A stretch of DNA of 60,193 nucleotides, the filler included, from Sphacelaria rigidula (taxonomy: Eukaryota): NCBI GenBank assembly GCA_964200075.2. It is 10 parts of 10 records of this genome, joined end to end, with 100 filler letters (N's around TTAATTAATTAA, not from the genome) between each part and the next. Parts side by side here need not be neighbours in the genome. Positions count along the whole stretch, not along the records: positions 18,091 to 24,019 come from CAXNAA020023411.1; positions 24,120 to 30,048 come from CAXNAA020023412.1; positions 30,149 to 36,077 come from CAXNAA020023413.1; positions 36,178 to 42,106 come from CAXNAA020023414.1; 6 more parts are not named here. One strand, 5' to 3'. Made by a program: the position numbers and the translations under genes. Shown piece after piece: positions 22,959 to 37,021 of the stretch (the stretch's first letter is position 1; every line of letters starts with the position of its first letter). The notes beneath the pieces are model-generated. The model saw only the letters and a list, made by a program, of their open reading frames with translations, was not told the DNA's origin and did no database searches.

Positions 22959-24759
22959 CCTAGCTTAAGTTTCGACGTACAAAAAGTAGGGGCAGAAAAA
23001 TGAATTAACAAAAGACGCAGGAAAAAATTAAATCGTAGGAAAACAAAAAAAAGGCGCAGAAAAAGCGAAAAAAACGCAGGAACAGAAAAAAACGCAGAAA
23101 CCGAGGAAAGAAATGAGCAGATGGGGTCAAAATCTACATACAATGCAGGGCACCTCGCCCACTCTACCACTTTTCTCCGGAAACCATCAATACAAAGATG
23201 TTCACTATCTGTCCCTAGCTTTCTACGCGCTGAGCCTATCAGCTACCAACGCTACCCCCTGCGGCACGTCAGGGTGTATACAGCAAAATCCCTGACAGAT
23301 TCATGAGCCCCGTGTGTTCGCAGAGCGTGAAACACGAGCAGACGCTGCACTGTTTGAGACACGCGCGCTAAGTCACTCTCAGGCCTGATTCAAGCTTGAT
23401 CATCCTGGACTTTTCCTGCCTGGGAGAGCTAAAGCCCGCACTCGTGGCGGTAGATATACACCGCATCCGTTCCGGCCGGTGAAGCCCGCACCCGTGCAGC
23501 AGGAGAAGCCCGCATCCATTGCGGCAGGTAAAGCTCGCATCCGTTGCGGCAAGATACTCTAAGCCCGCATCCGCTGCGGTACCTCTGTAACACATAACAG
23601 ATTACCAAAAATCCATGTTCGACATCACAAGGAAATTTGACGGCCCAAACGTCGTCGACTACCGCAAGTGGAAAGCAAAACTACGAGCTATACTTCAAGT
23701 ATCCGCGCACGCAGTCCTCGAACTCCTCGGGTGAAAGGGCTTCATCTGCCCAGTAACATGCGCGCAACCGCCAGAATGGCGATGTGTATTATTCGCTTTA
23801 TTGTTTTTGCTTACCGAGTCATCCCACATCGTACGGTAGGGGGCGAGGGGAGGAGGGTTACTCATTTCTTGCTTGCCTTTGTTGTTTGACCATTGACCCC
23901 GCATCCCTTTCGAGACGGAGCACCGTTCCTACTCCTATTAGAGACACCTTCAACATTCCGGCGCTCACAACGTCTCTTCCATACTTTGCGCAAAAAGCTT
24001 ATAATAGTGGATCCTAGAGNNNNNNNNNNNNNNNNNNNNNNNNNNNNNNNNNNNNNNNNNNNNTTAATTAATTAANNNNNNNNNNNNNNNNNNNNNNNNN
24101 NNNNNNNNNNNNNNNNNNNCTATCACATAATCATCATCCAGAATCCTACATGATAAACGCAATGGCTTGGCACCATTTTGGGCTACAGGCAAGAGCCATG
24201 GATTTCCAGAGACATTTCTCTGTCCAGGAATTGACGTTCCATCACACACTCCTCGCCTAAAAGTGTAGTACAGTCGGTCCAAAAGTAGTCGTGCATGTTG
24301 TATGTACAGTACGGTGGGGACAGACATTACAGTACAGTGCTTTTTTCGTCGACAGCTTTCCCACTCTAAAAGAGCACGATGGCGCTCATGCTGGCTGTGT
24401 TGACTGCTCGCATCGTGTCGTACTCGTCGTGCCCGCCATCGATTTCGAACCCTGTAGTATTCTGTGTACTGAGACGGTTGCTACCGCACTATTGACTGCC
24501 ACGTGAGTATCTTGTGTGCGTCATGGCACAAACCGTATGCTGCATACACTGCACCGCTTGCGGCACTACAACTGTACCAAGCGGCGGTCGGCTGAAATAA
24601 GGGTTGATACGCCTGTCATTTCGATTATTTTAATACCTTTAGCTACTGGGCGTGCGTGCGAGCGAGCGCGCGCGCGAGTGTGTGTGTGTGTGTGTTACCA
24701 TCCCATCTATCCTGTACCTCGACGGGATTATTTACGTATTAGTTCCCCGCAGTTGGGAC

Positions 24760-25140
24760 GAGCACAAAATGCAAATGATGACCACGATACTATACCACCG
24801 TCTTCACGCGGGATTGATGATGGCCTCGGGTGTACAAATCCCCAGGAGTTTCTACAAACTAAAAGATAGGGTTTCGAAAACTGATGTCACTGAAATGTCT
24901 GAGAAAAGTAGTCCGGACTGACTTCTCTCAGAGACTTTTGTAAGTCTATGAGAAGCGGCCTCACAAAAATCATCATTTCTCAATAGATTCTGAACATATT
25001 TGGCAAGGTCACGCACAACGTGCACAGCTGATGAGCAGCTACGCATATGCCACACATGTCGAAATTATTGCCGCCCAACAATTGTACGATCTTCCATTCG
25101 TGTTACTCAAGTTGGTCAACCTTATCCGGAGCCACCGTCC
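24760..25140 (-). pseudogene. Possible hAT transposase fossil
   Basis: Minus strand, with frameshifts: WHMR..AAHQL..VVRDL (CxxH-like region), then AIINPA*RRWYS (TRWNS-like motif) about 80 codons later. Confidence 0.4.
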
Positions 25141-25202
25141 GATGTTTTGTAGAGCCACGATCACTACTATACATGGAGATACAACAGCCTATCTTAACCA
25201 TA

Positions 25203-25282
25203 TATTTTCGACTTGCATCGCCCCTGGGACGCCCGTACCAACCTCCCGAAGGGGAACCTTGTATATATATATATATATATAT
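25203..25282 (+). repeat. About 60-bp interspersed element abutting (TA)n; inverted copies at about 33850-33912 and 53864-53925
   Basis: tattttcgacttgc.tc.ccc..ggga.gcc.gtacc..c.tcccgaagggg.accttgta followed by TA-rich sequence in three different contigs. Confidence 0.8.
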
Positions 25283-27654
25283 TCTTCTACTGCCATAAGG
25301 GTGTGTGTGTGTGTACAGGAACGATGTAATGATCATGCCAAGTATCATTTTCGTCGATGAAAGCCCTCGTCACTGAAGCGGAGTATCAATCGCAGCAGCA
25401 GTTGTTCCTCGCACCGAGAAGTAAAGGCTACGGGTAGGTAGACACGGTTCCCCACAGGGCGGGATTGTGCACATATCAGCGACATAACTGCCTGCAATAT
25501 ATACGCCCGGCCCGCGAAAGTACTCTACAACGCAACATATCATCGGTAACAAAGCAGCAGTATGATACGCCACGGCAAGGCAAGTGCGTATGATAAGAGA
25601 GTGTGAGTGTAAGACCTTGCTTGGAAAAAGTAAGCATAAGATCGATGATCATAGCCCTTGGCAATATGAGATAAGATACGCAATTTTCAGTCACACCTGA
25701 CTGTTAGTCTTGTTATGTAAACAAAAGGCGTACCGGAATCATCCAGCCGAGAAAACGAGTACATGGTATTCGACTCGGACACATACCGCCATCGATGTAC
25801 CGTGCTTCCACGTCCCGGCGTGGCCTGTGTGGGGGATGAACGGTCGCTATCGCGTTTAGCGCCGTTTCTCTCATGATGAAACACATACCTAGGATGGGAG
25901 TGTGGAGTGAAGGTAGTAAGGTGTAAAGTTAGCACAAGTTGGGAGCACGGAGTACATGAAGATAAGAGCATGCCCTTGTCTTGTCACTCCCGTCGCGTAT
26001 CGACTCCTTCCGTGTCGAGTCCTGAATTCGATCATTTAACTTTCACATCAATAGGGGTACTAAAAGAGGTCCATAGTCCAATGCAACAAGTACAGACAAT
26101 TAATTTAGTAAGCGAGGCAATGTGTGTACGTAGGCTCACATGCATGGTAAATACTTGTCTGCTTGTAGTATATTTGTAGCAGTATAGCACTAGCAAAGCA
26201 AGCCGCATCCCAAAGAAGAGATGTGACAAGCTGATCCTGTGTTCGACTTGCGATATCAAAGCTGAAGCTTCTCTCTCAACCCAACAAACCAGCTGTTTGC
26301 AGCTGTACGCCAGACGCCACGCTCATGCGTACAGGTGATAGACAAAATCTGATCGAAGGGTTATGGCACACGTGACTTACGTGAGTCAGTCACGGCTCGA
26401 AGACCAGTATTGTTGGAGAGATCAGCAGGTGGGCGGTTTTGAAGGCTATTATTATATATCCAAGAGGTGTCGAATATCTGAGTCCGTGAGACAAGTAAGC
26501 TGGTAGGCGCTGGTCAGAGCGCTGCTCGCCCTTACCCTGCCTCGCATACAACCTTGTCATAATATACCGAATCCCGGCGTGTGCCTCCGACCAATCAAAC
26601 GTTGGCACGCGTGTGCCCAATATGAGTAACCTGGCACAGACCATGTCCGAATACAAAGTCAACTGAAAACGCCAATTAAACTGCGCGAATCGTCCAATTT
26701 CTACTGTACAGAAGCACACTTTCGACTAGGATCTCTTTATACCCGCCGATCGTTTGTGGATCGATCGTGAGATTCCACTGCGCTAGTTTATTTCTCGCAC
26801 GCGGTTTTATACCATCACATGAAAAGGAAGAGCATAGGGTACATTAGGGGCCAGAAAAAAAATACGGCGTGGGAGGTGCTTGTGGATGAGCAGTGGCGAA
26901 TGCAGCGACTTTTTCATGGGGTCTGGCAATTTTTCCGGTGGCAGCGGCTGCAGTTATTTTGTGCATTGCATGTGGGGTGTGTTTCGACATGTGGGCTAAC
27001 ATTTCGTGTTGATGCATTCCCCAAGTGTGCACAATGTGGATATCATGCGTAGGTTATACATCAGGTCTGCAATGAGCTTCGTTTCATGCGGAAGTTGATC
27101 GTCGCCGCTGCCTGGAAAATATGTTCATTAACTCGCACAACAAAAAGGGCACATCCGTTGTGTTCAGTCCGACCCAGCAACCAGAAATTTGCGTATTACC
27201 TGGGTAGTGTTCTAGGTTTCAAGCCCTCGGCACAATGTCCCAAAATCTACTGTGCACGGGCAGTCCTCATCATGCTGCCCTGTAATTTGCGTGGAGTCTG
27301 TAGTTGTACCACTCGCCGTTTGTTTCCCAGTCATGTGAGTGCTCAGATTTGTGGTTATTACTTACCAGCCTCCTGTGCAGACAATAATTCGGTGTTTCTC
27401 AGGACGGTGTGATCGCTACGGGTACATGTCTTGTGCTACAATCCGTACTGTACGGACCATCTGTATTCAGTAGTACAGAGGTGTACGGGTAATAGATACG
27501 GGTACCGCGGTGCCGGTGCCGGAGGGACAGGGTGGGGTGTTGATCCCACCGCCTCTGGTCAAGGGTAGTTGCTTGCCTTCGTTTGCTAGGGTGATGTGCT
27601 ATGCGACTACGTCCAAATCATGTGGGATAATTGGTGTATGTCTACCATGCAAGG

Positions 27655-28430
27655 AAGCCAACAACAACAGCAAAAAGCAATCGTGTTGCCCCTCCGACAC
27701 ACGCAAATCTGCGGACCCTGTAGGACAGTTTGCTAGGAGGTTAATAAGCAAAAATCTGGCACTGGGACCACACATTGTGCTGCTGTGAGGCAGACAGCTG
27801 CTACCACCAGTCACCGAGGATACAGCAGCTCCGTGCTGGGTCAATCTTTTTGCATCAACCTGCATGCACCTGCCTTGCGTGTCTTCTGTGGTACTATAGT
27901 TACTGCAGACCGAACAGACAGCTGCACACTCGTGTGTACCGATTACTCGTATCGATCAGTAACAAAGGATACATGAGCATTTGTGTGCAGGGAGACAATT
28001 GATTGTGGCAGTAGAACCTGATTCGTGCACGACACAGATACCAGCACCGCGATGTTGATGCTGGAGAAACAGGATGGTTAAAAAAGGTGACTCCACCGCC
28101 GCTGGCAAGGTTCGTTGTATGTCCATGTTTGCTGAAGCGATGTGCTTTACTGCGCGGCTTGAAGTCTCATGCATGTTGTGAGTACTGTACAAACATTCTG
28201 CGGACAAATCCAACAAAAAAACAGTCCTGGGAGTCTTCCTGGCTAAACACAAACCGCGGATCCTGTTGGAAAGTATGCTCAGGCATCAATAACAGCACAA
28301 ATCTGGCACTGGGCACACGCAATGCGCCGCTGCGCAACAGGCAGCTGATACCAGCAATCACCGAGGATGCACCAGCTCCCTGTCAGTTTGTTTGTCCCAA
28401 TCTGCACGCACTCGCCTTGCGTGTCTTCCC
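27655..28430. repeat. Diverged direct duplication, period about 540 bp
   Basis: agca.aaatctggcactggg..cac, cagctg.tacca..a.tcaccgaggat.ca.cagctcc and gccttgcgtgtcttc occur at about 27747-27887 and 28294-28427. Confidence 0.7.
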
Positions 28431-29858
28431 CCATCTCAACGCTCAACAATAACTGAAGTACCGGAGACAGCGAAACAGGCAGCTGCCCTGTCGTCACGTG
28501 ATTGTTTAAAATGAAAGCTATTTCGGAAGCATTTTGATGCCACTCCGATCGTGCGCGGACCGAAACAGAGCATGCAGCAGTACAACTGCTCACGCACTCT
28601 TCAGCGCACATCGCACCGAGGTGGCCGTAGAGAGTGTAGGTGCACAACAGAACGGCAACAGCTGCCGCATTGAGATGACGGGGTCGGAAAGCGCCTTACT
28701 TGATCACTCAATCCGCAACAGCAAACACCCGCTGAAGGTTTGAACATTTGAACAGAGAGTAAACAGCACTGCGTACCTTGCATTATTTCCCACAGAGACG
28801 AACGCAGTGACAAAAACAAAGCAGCTCATATGTAGCCTCAGCGGAGGTAAATTTGATGCTGAGTGATTGCGTTTGCCTCTCCTGCTCTTTCGGAATCTGG
28901 GCACCATGTCACACAAGCAAAGTTAAGCATAGATCAGGCGAGCAAGGTAGCCTCCAGATGGGTTGCATTGTGTACGCGAGGCACCCTAGGACCCCGCACC
29001 ATAGTTTACAACGGCTACCCTAATAACGCAGCAACTAGCCTGTAACGAGTCCGACGTAGTGGAGCGACGAGGCACGCACGCACAGCGTTCAGCATGTAGG
29101 TTATACTCGGTGAGGGGAGGGTGGTGTCGTATTCAGCGGTCAGCAAATGTGGAGTGCAGTTCATTATCAAGTGGCGAATATTGCTCTCAGAGACCGTTTG
29201 GGATTTGCTTTTCTTCTAAGTAGATAGGGATCACAGGCAGTCGCCTATCCCATGTTGTAATGTCTCATCCTCGAGCGGGTTAAGGTGTCAGGACCCGCAG
29301 TTGAATCACTTCATTGTCTTCTCTACAGGGGCATTATTTACCCTGTAACGTACCCGACCTATCAAATCGGCCGGCTGTTTTCGCATATCGTTGTTTGAAT
29401 GAGAAACAAAAAAATGCTGCACGACTGGATCATCACCCAAGCGTATTTAGCAAAACGTTGCACTCTCACCAACATGTACCGACAATGAACTCACGATAAT
29501 CGAGTTGGCTTGTCCGCATCATGCATATTTCGTTATTTTTTCAACGTATGGTTCTTGCGAGAAACAATTTTTTCCGCCACGAATCGACTGTGCGATGTTG
29601 GATTTTGCTGAATGACTGAGACGAGTGATTAGCAACAATCGGTGATTGAGTCGATATAAAGCCTTGGCGGGCTTGCTTGCTTGTTTTTCTACTAATGGAA
29701 GTAAACAATTCGGAATTGAAGAAATGAGGGAACTTCTCTAAATATGGTATAGTTATGGGAGTGTATGATGGTCATTTCGATGATGGGCCACCGATTTCCT
29801 ATTATTCTTTCTGAAATGCTCACGGCATTCGAGGAATGTCACTTTTTGGGGCAATATA

Positions 29859-29993
29859 CAAAAAAGGGTACACCCTTATGCTTTTGAAGCAAAAAAGGGT
29901 ACATCCTTATGCTTTTGAAGCAAAAAAGGGTACATCCTTATGCTTTTGAAGCAAAAAAGGGTACACCCTTATGCTTTTGAAGCAAAAAAGGGT
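29859..29993. repeat. 31-bp tandem minisatellite, about 4.3 copies
   Basis: CAAAAAAGGGTACA(C/T)CCTTATGCTTTTGAAG repeated head to tail with no spacers. Confidence 0.95.
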
Positions 29994-31824
29994 GGCGCAT
30001 TTTTTTCTTTGGGGCGCAGCGCTGCACGCTGGCTGAACACCTCGAAAANNNNNNNNNNNNNNNNNNNNNNNNNNNNNNNNNNNNNNNNNNNNTTAATTAA
30101 TTAANNNNNNNNNNNNNNNNNNNNNNNNNNNNNNNNNNNNNNNNNNNNATTTTGTTTTTCAACCCCATTTTCAAAAATCGGCTGTTATAACGAGTGATGG
30201 CCTACATCGTCAGTGGCGCGCACTACCCCTCCTGATGTATATTATTATGATGCATCGTACATCTGCATCCGCCATGGCATCGATCCTTTGACCGCTTCGT
30301 ATCCATGTATTTCATCATCATATTCTACATACCCACCACAGTATTTGTAGTAATGTTGAGTGGTATCGATCCCTGGTTGTACTAAAAAAGAGGCTCCGCT
30401 GGCCTTGTCAAAGGCAGCCGGAATATGTGTGAGAAATCTCTCTCCTGCCGCTCCCCCGCAGAATACTACGTGATCCGTGTTTCGGCGAGAAACGGCATCA
30501 GAAACCTTCCCAACAACTCTTCTCTTTAACAGTAGTCCCTCACACAGCTAGCTTACCACAACGTCTTCCCTCGACGCCTACCGTGAGTCTCGTCAGAAAA
30601 AATGCTGTGCGCGAGGATCAGGGCTCTGTCAAAGTCGGATACATCGAAAAGCACACGGGGATGATGTACAACGGCGTCCGATGGTTTCAAGATATTGATA
30701 CAGCATTGTTACGAGCATTCTGCATGCATGATATTTTGAGCGTCCAGTTTTGACTGGAGTGATGCCGCGTCCACTGCATCATTTACCTCGGTCCTCGTAG
30801 AGGCCCATCGGATCTCGTGGGCAATGACGGCAAGCTCTGCCGCTGAGACATTGCCATCAAGGTGTGCCCCGCTGGCCGTAGTGTAATGCGTGAGAGGACC
30901 GCGTGCCTAGAGGACCGCGCCGTAGTTCAAAACACCCCAGGATCGACGTTTTTCAAAACCAATCGGGTCAGTCCCTGCAGGTACCACGTCCCTGACTACA
31001 ACCCTAACCCTAACCCTAACCATGGGGATGTTCAAATCTCGATTCAGTCCTCTAAGCAATCGGTCCTCTCACGCATTACAGTAGAGGTACACCGTGAAAA
31101 ACGAGACGCCTACTCGCACTATTTGCTTTTGTTGAAATACTGACCGTATCGTAAGGCACTGTGAGAGCAGAGGTTCCGATGTCGTAATGACTAAGCTTTG
31201 GGTCGTCGCGATCTCTTGACGGACGATGCAAGGGACCAGCAGTGTCTAGGTCGCACGATTGGTTTCACGAACCACATTGCAATTACATGCGCACGACTAG
31301 TTGGAGCTGCTTTGAAGGACTGCTTCTTCCGCGAGAAGTACTTCCTTGGAATTGGCTCCACGAACGAGGTATGTCACTTGGAGGTCGCACCTACGTGTGT
31401 AGATCTGTTCACAGGCAAGTCGTATGGGTGGCATAACAAGCTGGGTTAGACACACATGTGTACAAGCATCGGAAGCTGATCTGACACAACCACAGGTGTT
31501 GTCGGGAGAGGCACTCCCGGGGCTGGTCCTAGAAACCAGCCTCGGCCAATGTGCTGTTGCACTTGCCACAGCATGTATATCTTTCATGCGGAATCATGCA
31601 CATACGTCGCTAGCCCTTTAAGCACGAGGGTAGATTACCGGCTGATTTGGGATCGATTTTACTCGAAAAAGTATGAGTGATCCTAAAGGCCTATCTGCAT
31701 TGCGGTCTAAGGGTTGAGCCCTTCACCGTAAGGGTGGGCCACCCTGACTCATGCAACACATTATCTATGCTGGCACCTGAAGGGTCATCTATTTCACCGC
31801 TGAAAGTGGCCCATTTGTGAGTCA

Positions 31825-32013
31825 GGGCGTGTCTTAGCACATTTTTTTTCGATCGAAAATATGCGGTGGAAAAGGAAAACTCCGATCTGATAGGTCGCTA
31901 TATCAACCATCGTCGTTTATTTTGAAGACGGTTGAAATCACAACCAATCAGATCGGGATTTTAGTTTTCCACCGCACTTTTTCGATCGAAATATGATGTG
32001 CTAAGACACGCCC
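31825..32013. mobile_element. Foldback MITE (about 190-bp palindrome)
   Basis: gggcgtgtcttagcacat..ttcgatcgaaaa..gcggtggaaaa..ccgatctgat / atcagatcgg..ttttccaccgc..ttttcgatcgaa..atgtgctaagacacgccc. Confidence 0.75.
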
Positions 32014-33941
32014 CCAGCATCATTTTCTGTAACCGTCAAATGATGATGATGCTGATTCACAGATGGATAACTCCCGGCGGGCAAAGGTTTGATATTCACT
32101 GCATCTGCCAACATCAAGTGCAACCACATAGCGTTGCTGGGTAGATTCGAGTGCAGGGCAATCCGGCGGTTTTCCGATGGCTACTCACTCACCCCACCTC
32201 CGGCTACTCCTAGGTGGCATGCTGGTCGTGTCCGACGTTCCTCGTCTCGTCATAGATGAGGAAGTTGTTATATGTTGTTACCACGCTGACCAGTGTGGGA
32301 GACGGATAGTATCCGCGACGTTGTTCGTTCAAACAGATTGGCGGGTGCAATAGATGAAACATAATGCACGCTTAGTTTCCCGTGTATAATACGGGCTCGG
32401 ATGGATATTTCTTCGACACGAGGGACTCACAGCATGCTTTCCGTCATCGAGGACATCGTGGACCCGGCGGAAATTCTGATTTCCCGTACAGACAGAGGCT
32501 ATACATATATATATATATATATATGTCCAGCACTATATTGTCTGTATTTCTGCCTTAAATCTTTATATCAGAGCTTTCGGAACAGTGAGTCTACTGTTGA
32601 TTGATGGTGGGCTTCATGATTCACCCAACGTTCTCAAGCGTTCCGTGTAGTGCGTGTTTTGTTATATTGCACGTGGCAAGACTGTATGCTTACGGCTGCA
32701 CGACGTTACCCTGGCCGGGGAAATCAGGGCCTTTGATCGCGAGTTACCACAGAATGCGTGTAAGGTTTCGTCTCAGGTCTGGAGGAGCACATCTAGACTG
32801 AGAATGTTCCGGCATGAATGCATAATTTCTGGTAATTGGGGCTGTAGAATCTGCTGATCGACGAGGTCGATGCAATGCATATATTCGATTCATCCAACGG
32901 CTGAGATCTCACAGTCGAGAAGCTCCCAGGCCAGGCTGGCGAGGTGTTCCCCCGAAAACACTAGTCGATTGACGGATAAGGAATTCTCATCATTCGGTTT
33001 TCGCTGCCAGGCGCACATATGGATGTTAACGTAGTACAGAACCGTGAAATAAGTTTCGTGTACGAAAATGCGGAGCTGGTAAAAATAACCGCTTTTCCAA
33101 AATCGACCACGGCTTACATATTGGTCTCGCGCCGCTATTCCACCACCGAGGTGAGCTTGGACCCCACGTCGCACGCGGGAGCCCTCCCGCGAACCGTTTG
33201 GGGTACCGAAGGAGCTACGGTTAGCACCCCCAACGTGCAGACTGGTGCACGCCGGATGCTTACCACGGTTCGCATACCACTGCACGGAAAGCATAAAACC
33301 CAAATAGTTATGGTGCTAAAAATGGGAAGAACTGAATCTTCATGAGAGTAGATGCAAACTTCCCAAAAATACGAGTGATGTCAAAGGGCCTGTCGAGCGA
33401 AAATTTTCGGACACGTAGGCCCCCCCCCCACCCTCCTTCCGGAGGGCATTTTTTCCAAAATTGCCATGATATTTTCGATTTTGTTTTGTCCAGTTTCCCG
33501 CAAGGAATTGATGAAAAAAACTCTGTTTTGATTATTCCTGTCAATATCGCTCCAAGAAATTGATCAATAAACGCCAACACAAAAACGAAAAGTCTGGTGG
33601 GCTTTGTGGGGTTCGTATATCTGCTTCTGAACCTTGCCCGTTTTGTCCCGATGACCTCAGATGCCAGAGGGCATTCTCCCGAAAATTAAAATCATCCTGC
33701 TTTTTTTTTTATATTTTCTGTTAACTTTGTCGCAAGAAATTGATCAATGAACATTGACAAAACCCGAAGAGTTTGGTGGGCTTTGCGGAGTATATGCTTG
33801 CTTCTGCTCCTTTACATATTTATGTATATATTCATAATATATAATATATAATACAAGGTTCCCCTTCGGGACGCTGGTACGGGCCTCCCGGGGGTGACGC
33901 AAGTCGAAAATATATATGTCGTCGAGTTTTTCACGATCTGA

Positions 33942-33978
<37 letters not shown>

Positions 33979-34399
33979 CGCACTTTAACTGACCCCCCAG
34001 GGGTCCAGCCGTGGTCTCATGATAGACGTACCCGAGAAAAACGAAACTGAAACACCCTCTAAGAAAAAAAATAAGTTGAGGAGGCTTTTGTGGTTCGAGA
34101 TCGACACCGCGCGAACAAGAGCCAATTTTAGCGACTTTCGGTGACCAGAACACGCTCCACAGGTATCAGATGGCGCCCAAACCCGAACGGTAATGTACCG
34201 CTGAGCCTTCTTGGTGCGCTGCAATAGGCCGTGTGGGGGAAAATGCCTTGCCGCCAGAGGGAACTCAGCAAAAACGGTGAAAATATGGAATGATACATGT
34301 ACATAATATACATTGCGCGTAAAAGCACTGACAGCGCTTGCACGACCGTGCCTCCTGAAGTGAGTACCTCTACAGGCGATACCAAGGTAGGTATCGCGG

Positions 34400-35180
34400 A
34401 AGATGACATCATGCAGAGTGTACCCAATACGGATCAATGCTCGTTTGCCGGGGCAGGAGCCACCCAGCAGGTCATGATGTGGAAGTGAGCGCATCTGCGT
34501 GTCTATATATGCATCCACTGACGTTTCACACAGTGTGGGCCGAGGGGACTCCGTTTTGAGGGCGTATCGATGGCATTGCCCAGAATTCGTATTCACGTCG
34601 TGCGTCTGGCGCACCACGTAAAACGTGCCGCCGATCCGGGAATATGTGGTCTTTGTTGTGGTCTACCTCTGTGCCGATTTTCAGGCTGGTTAGTTCAGAC
34701 ACGGCGGACAAATCGACAAGCAAAGTAACGCTTGACTTGTACTGAAAATACAGCACCAAGCCGTCGAAAGATACATGAGGTGCGTACTCGTATGATTCTC
34801 CCTGTCATCCCTGTCACGAGGATATCCTTGCGCCAGTACTTCACAGATGCATCATACGGGTTGCATGATCACAGGGACTTCGGCACCCCGCTTTGCTGGT
34901 TTTACACAGTTGACCCACAGTGGGGACGTTTGCCCACGTGTGTGCCTTGTTCAACTCGTCAAAGGCTCACCGCACGGTCTGGTGTTTGCTGCTGACTGAG
35001 GCCAACACACGTGGACAGATAGCACCCAGTGGGGCGCACTGTGCAGGGTCCGTGCAAGACCCTCCACAGTCTTTGTGAAAGAACCCTGACAGTGAAATGC
35101 AAAATCTGTACCCATCGCAGCGTTTTGATAGGGGATTCCCCAGGGTTGGATTTTCAGCCCTGCGTAGGCACGTCGGCAAA
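34400..35180 (-). pseudogene. Possible CACTA/EnSpm-type transposase fossil
   Basis: Degenerate minus-strand peptides LSKRCDGYRF and SELTSLKIGTEVDHNKDHIFPDRRHVLRGAPDA weakly recall Tnp2 L.L.TDG..PF and EL..L..G...D....F..R......D.PA; many disruptions. Confidence 0.25.
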
Positions 35181-35304
35181 GCCCTGCACAGTTATGTGAT
35201 GGTGTTTTGGTGAAAAAGCCTCAAGTTGTTTTTTCGAAAACTCCAAATATTTTGGTACAAAATCTGTAAATTCATATATCTTCAATACCTTGCCCTCCTC
35301 TCCA

Positions 35305-35520
35305 AGTTAAATTCCTCTTCACCCGATTTGAATCGAGCGAAGAGGATTTTATTTTGGACAGCAGGACAAGCTAGATCCAAAACAGATCCTCTTCTCGCCC
35401 ATTTATTTCGGCAAAAAAAGGATTTATTTAGAAGAGCAGAAGAAGCTGTTCAAGATCGATCCGTTTTTCGTCCATTTTTGAGATGAGCGAAAAACGGATC
35501 TATTTCGAACAGCTTCTTCT
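35305..35520. repeat. Two adjacent imperfect hairpins (foldback element fragment)
   Basis: gcgaagaggat..ttttgga / tccaaaa..atccttctcgc, and agaagaagctgttc..gatccgtttttcg / cgaaaaacggatc..gaacagcttcttct. Confidence 0.55.
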
Positions 35521-37021
35521 GCTGCGCAAATCCCATGCACACTGGCAGATTCGGAATTTGAATAGCAGGAGAAGCTCGAAATAGGTATTTAGTTTTATCT
35601 CCAATTCCATCCAGAGATTGGGGGAAAATAAATTCATATCGCGAGCAGCGTCAGCTGCTGGGCAAATCCCGCATACTGCATCGTCACCGGCGCATGAGAT
35701 CCGACACGCAGAAAAAGTTGCTGAAATGTATTCATCCTTTTGCCCCCCAGTCCATGTGTGCATGGGCTAAAGGATGAATAGCTTTCAACCGCTTTCGCTG
35801 AATAGAGATCCCACACGTTGGATACGTGTGTATGTCCACACCTGTGCTTCGTCAGAATCTCTTGGGAAGGTGGGAAAATGTCAGATGATCGGGTATACCT
35901 CGTCGATCTAGGTACATTTTTCACAAAACCCCGTCTTCCGTTCTCTACCAACACGAACCATGTTGAAAAAATATCACTTAATCAATCGTATTTTATTACA
36001 TTACCTTATTATATCCATCACATTAGCTCGATCTCTCGAACCCGTGGTCACAGAGTGCAGGAGCATACCACCAATATNNNNNNNNNNNNNNNNNNNNNNN
36101 NNNNNNNNNNNNNNNNNNNNNTTAATTAATTAANNNNNNNNNNNNNNNNNNNNNNNNNNNNNNNNNNNNNNNNNNNNAGGGATGCGAGGTCAATGGTCTT
36201 ATGACTATGGCATGCATGATCGTGCGCTCCCTCCCCACGGGTTTCGATATCCAGGTGTTTCGCTGGAAAACGACGTTACAAACCGCGGGTTCTTCGGGCG
36301 GGTGGGAGGCTGTAGGCACGCTTCGCGAACCGGTCCGGAAGATCCCGTTCGACGGTGGCCTGTATGATCAGGTGAAGGAAAGCGAGTGGGCGCCCCTACG
36401 TGTGCATTGTTCGGTAATGAGGCGTTTGAAGAGCACGGTGATGTGGTCAAGTAGAGATCCGCCTAAAAAAGTAACATGGAACAGGAAGTATTGCAGTTGG
36501 TGATGCTAAGAAGCTGAGAGATCACGTGTCTATATAGCTACTGATGCTCGCCCATCATTGTTTGCGATGGGTTGAGCCGTAGGTCACAATATTCTTCCAG
36601 GCGTACCCGAGGTAGAAACAAAACGAAATTCCCTACACTACCTGCTACTTGCTGGGGGAACCCGAGAGAGGTGGAGTAAAAATAGAGGAGAAAAAGACGA
36701 ACTGTTAATAACATACTAAAAAACAAGTGGTTCATGGGACATGGCATTTTTGAAGTAGCCCTACCATGCCAAACACACCACTGAATGAAATCATCCCGTC
36801 TAGTATGTAGTTGGCACCTAGTCCGCAGTTGCCCCCTATCTGCCACATTTTGCGTGTCAACGTCCAAGCGACGTGTCGAATCTGAACCACTCGGATCACC
36901 TGAAAACACACACAAACCATCTCCTGCTGGATATTGCATGTGCATGTCGGCGTGTGTTTTTTTTCTTGCCAATGTGGAGATCGCCATTTGGGCATGTGCG
37001 GACAGATTTCCTTTTATGACG

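Noticed and set aside
29859..29993. CRISPR-like 31-bp palindromic repeats
   Set aside because: Units are contiguous with no unique spacers, there are no cas genes, and the context is eukaryotic.
31000..31021. Telomere (CCCTAA)n
   Set aside because: Only about three units, internal to the contig.
30190..33350. Possible coding remnants in contig 6
   Set aside because: Only short interrupted frames with no motif I can assign; a translated database search would be needed.
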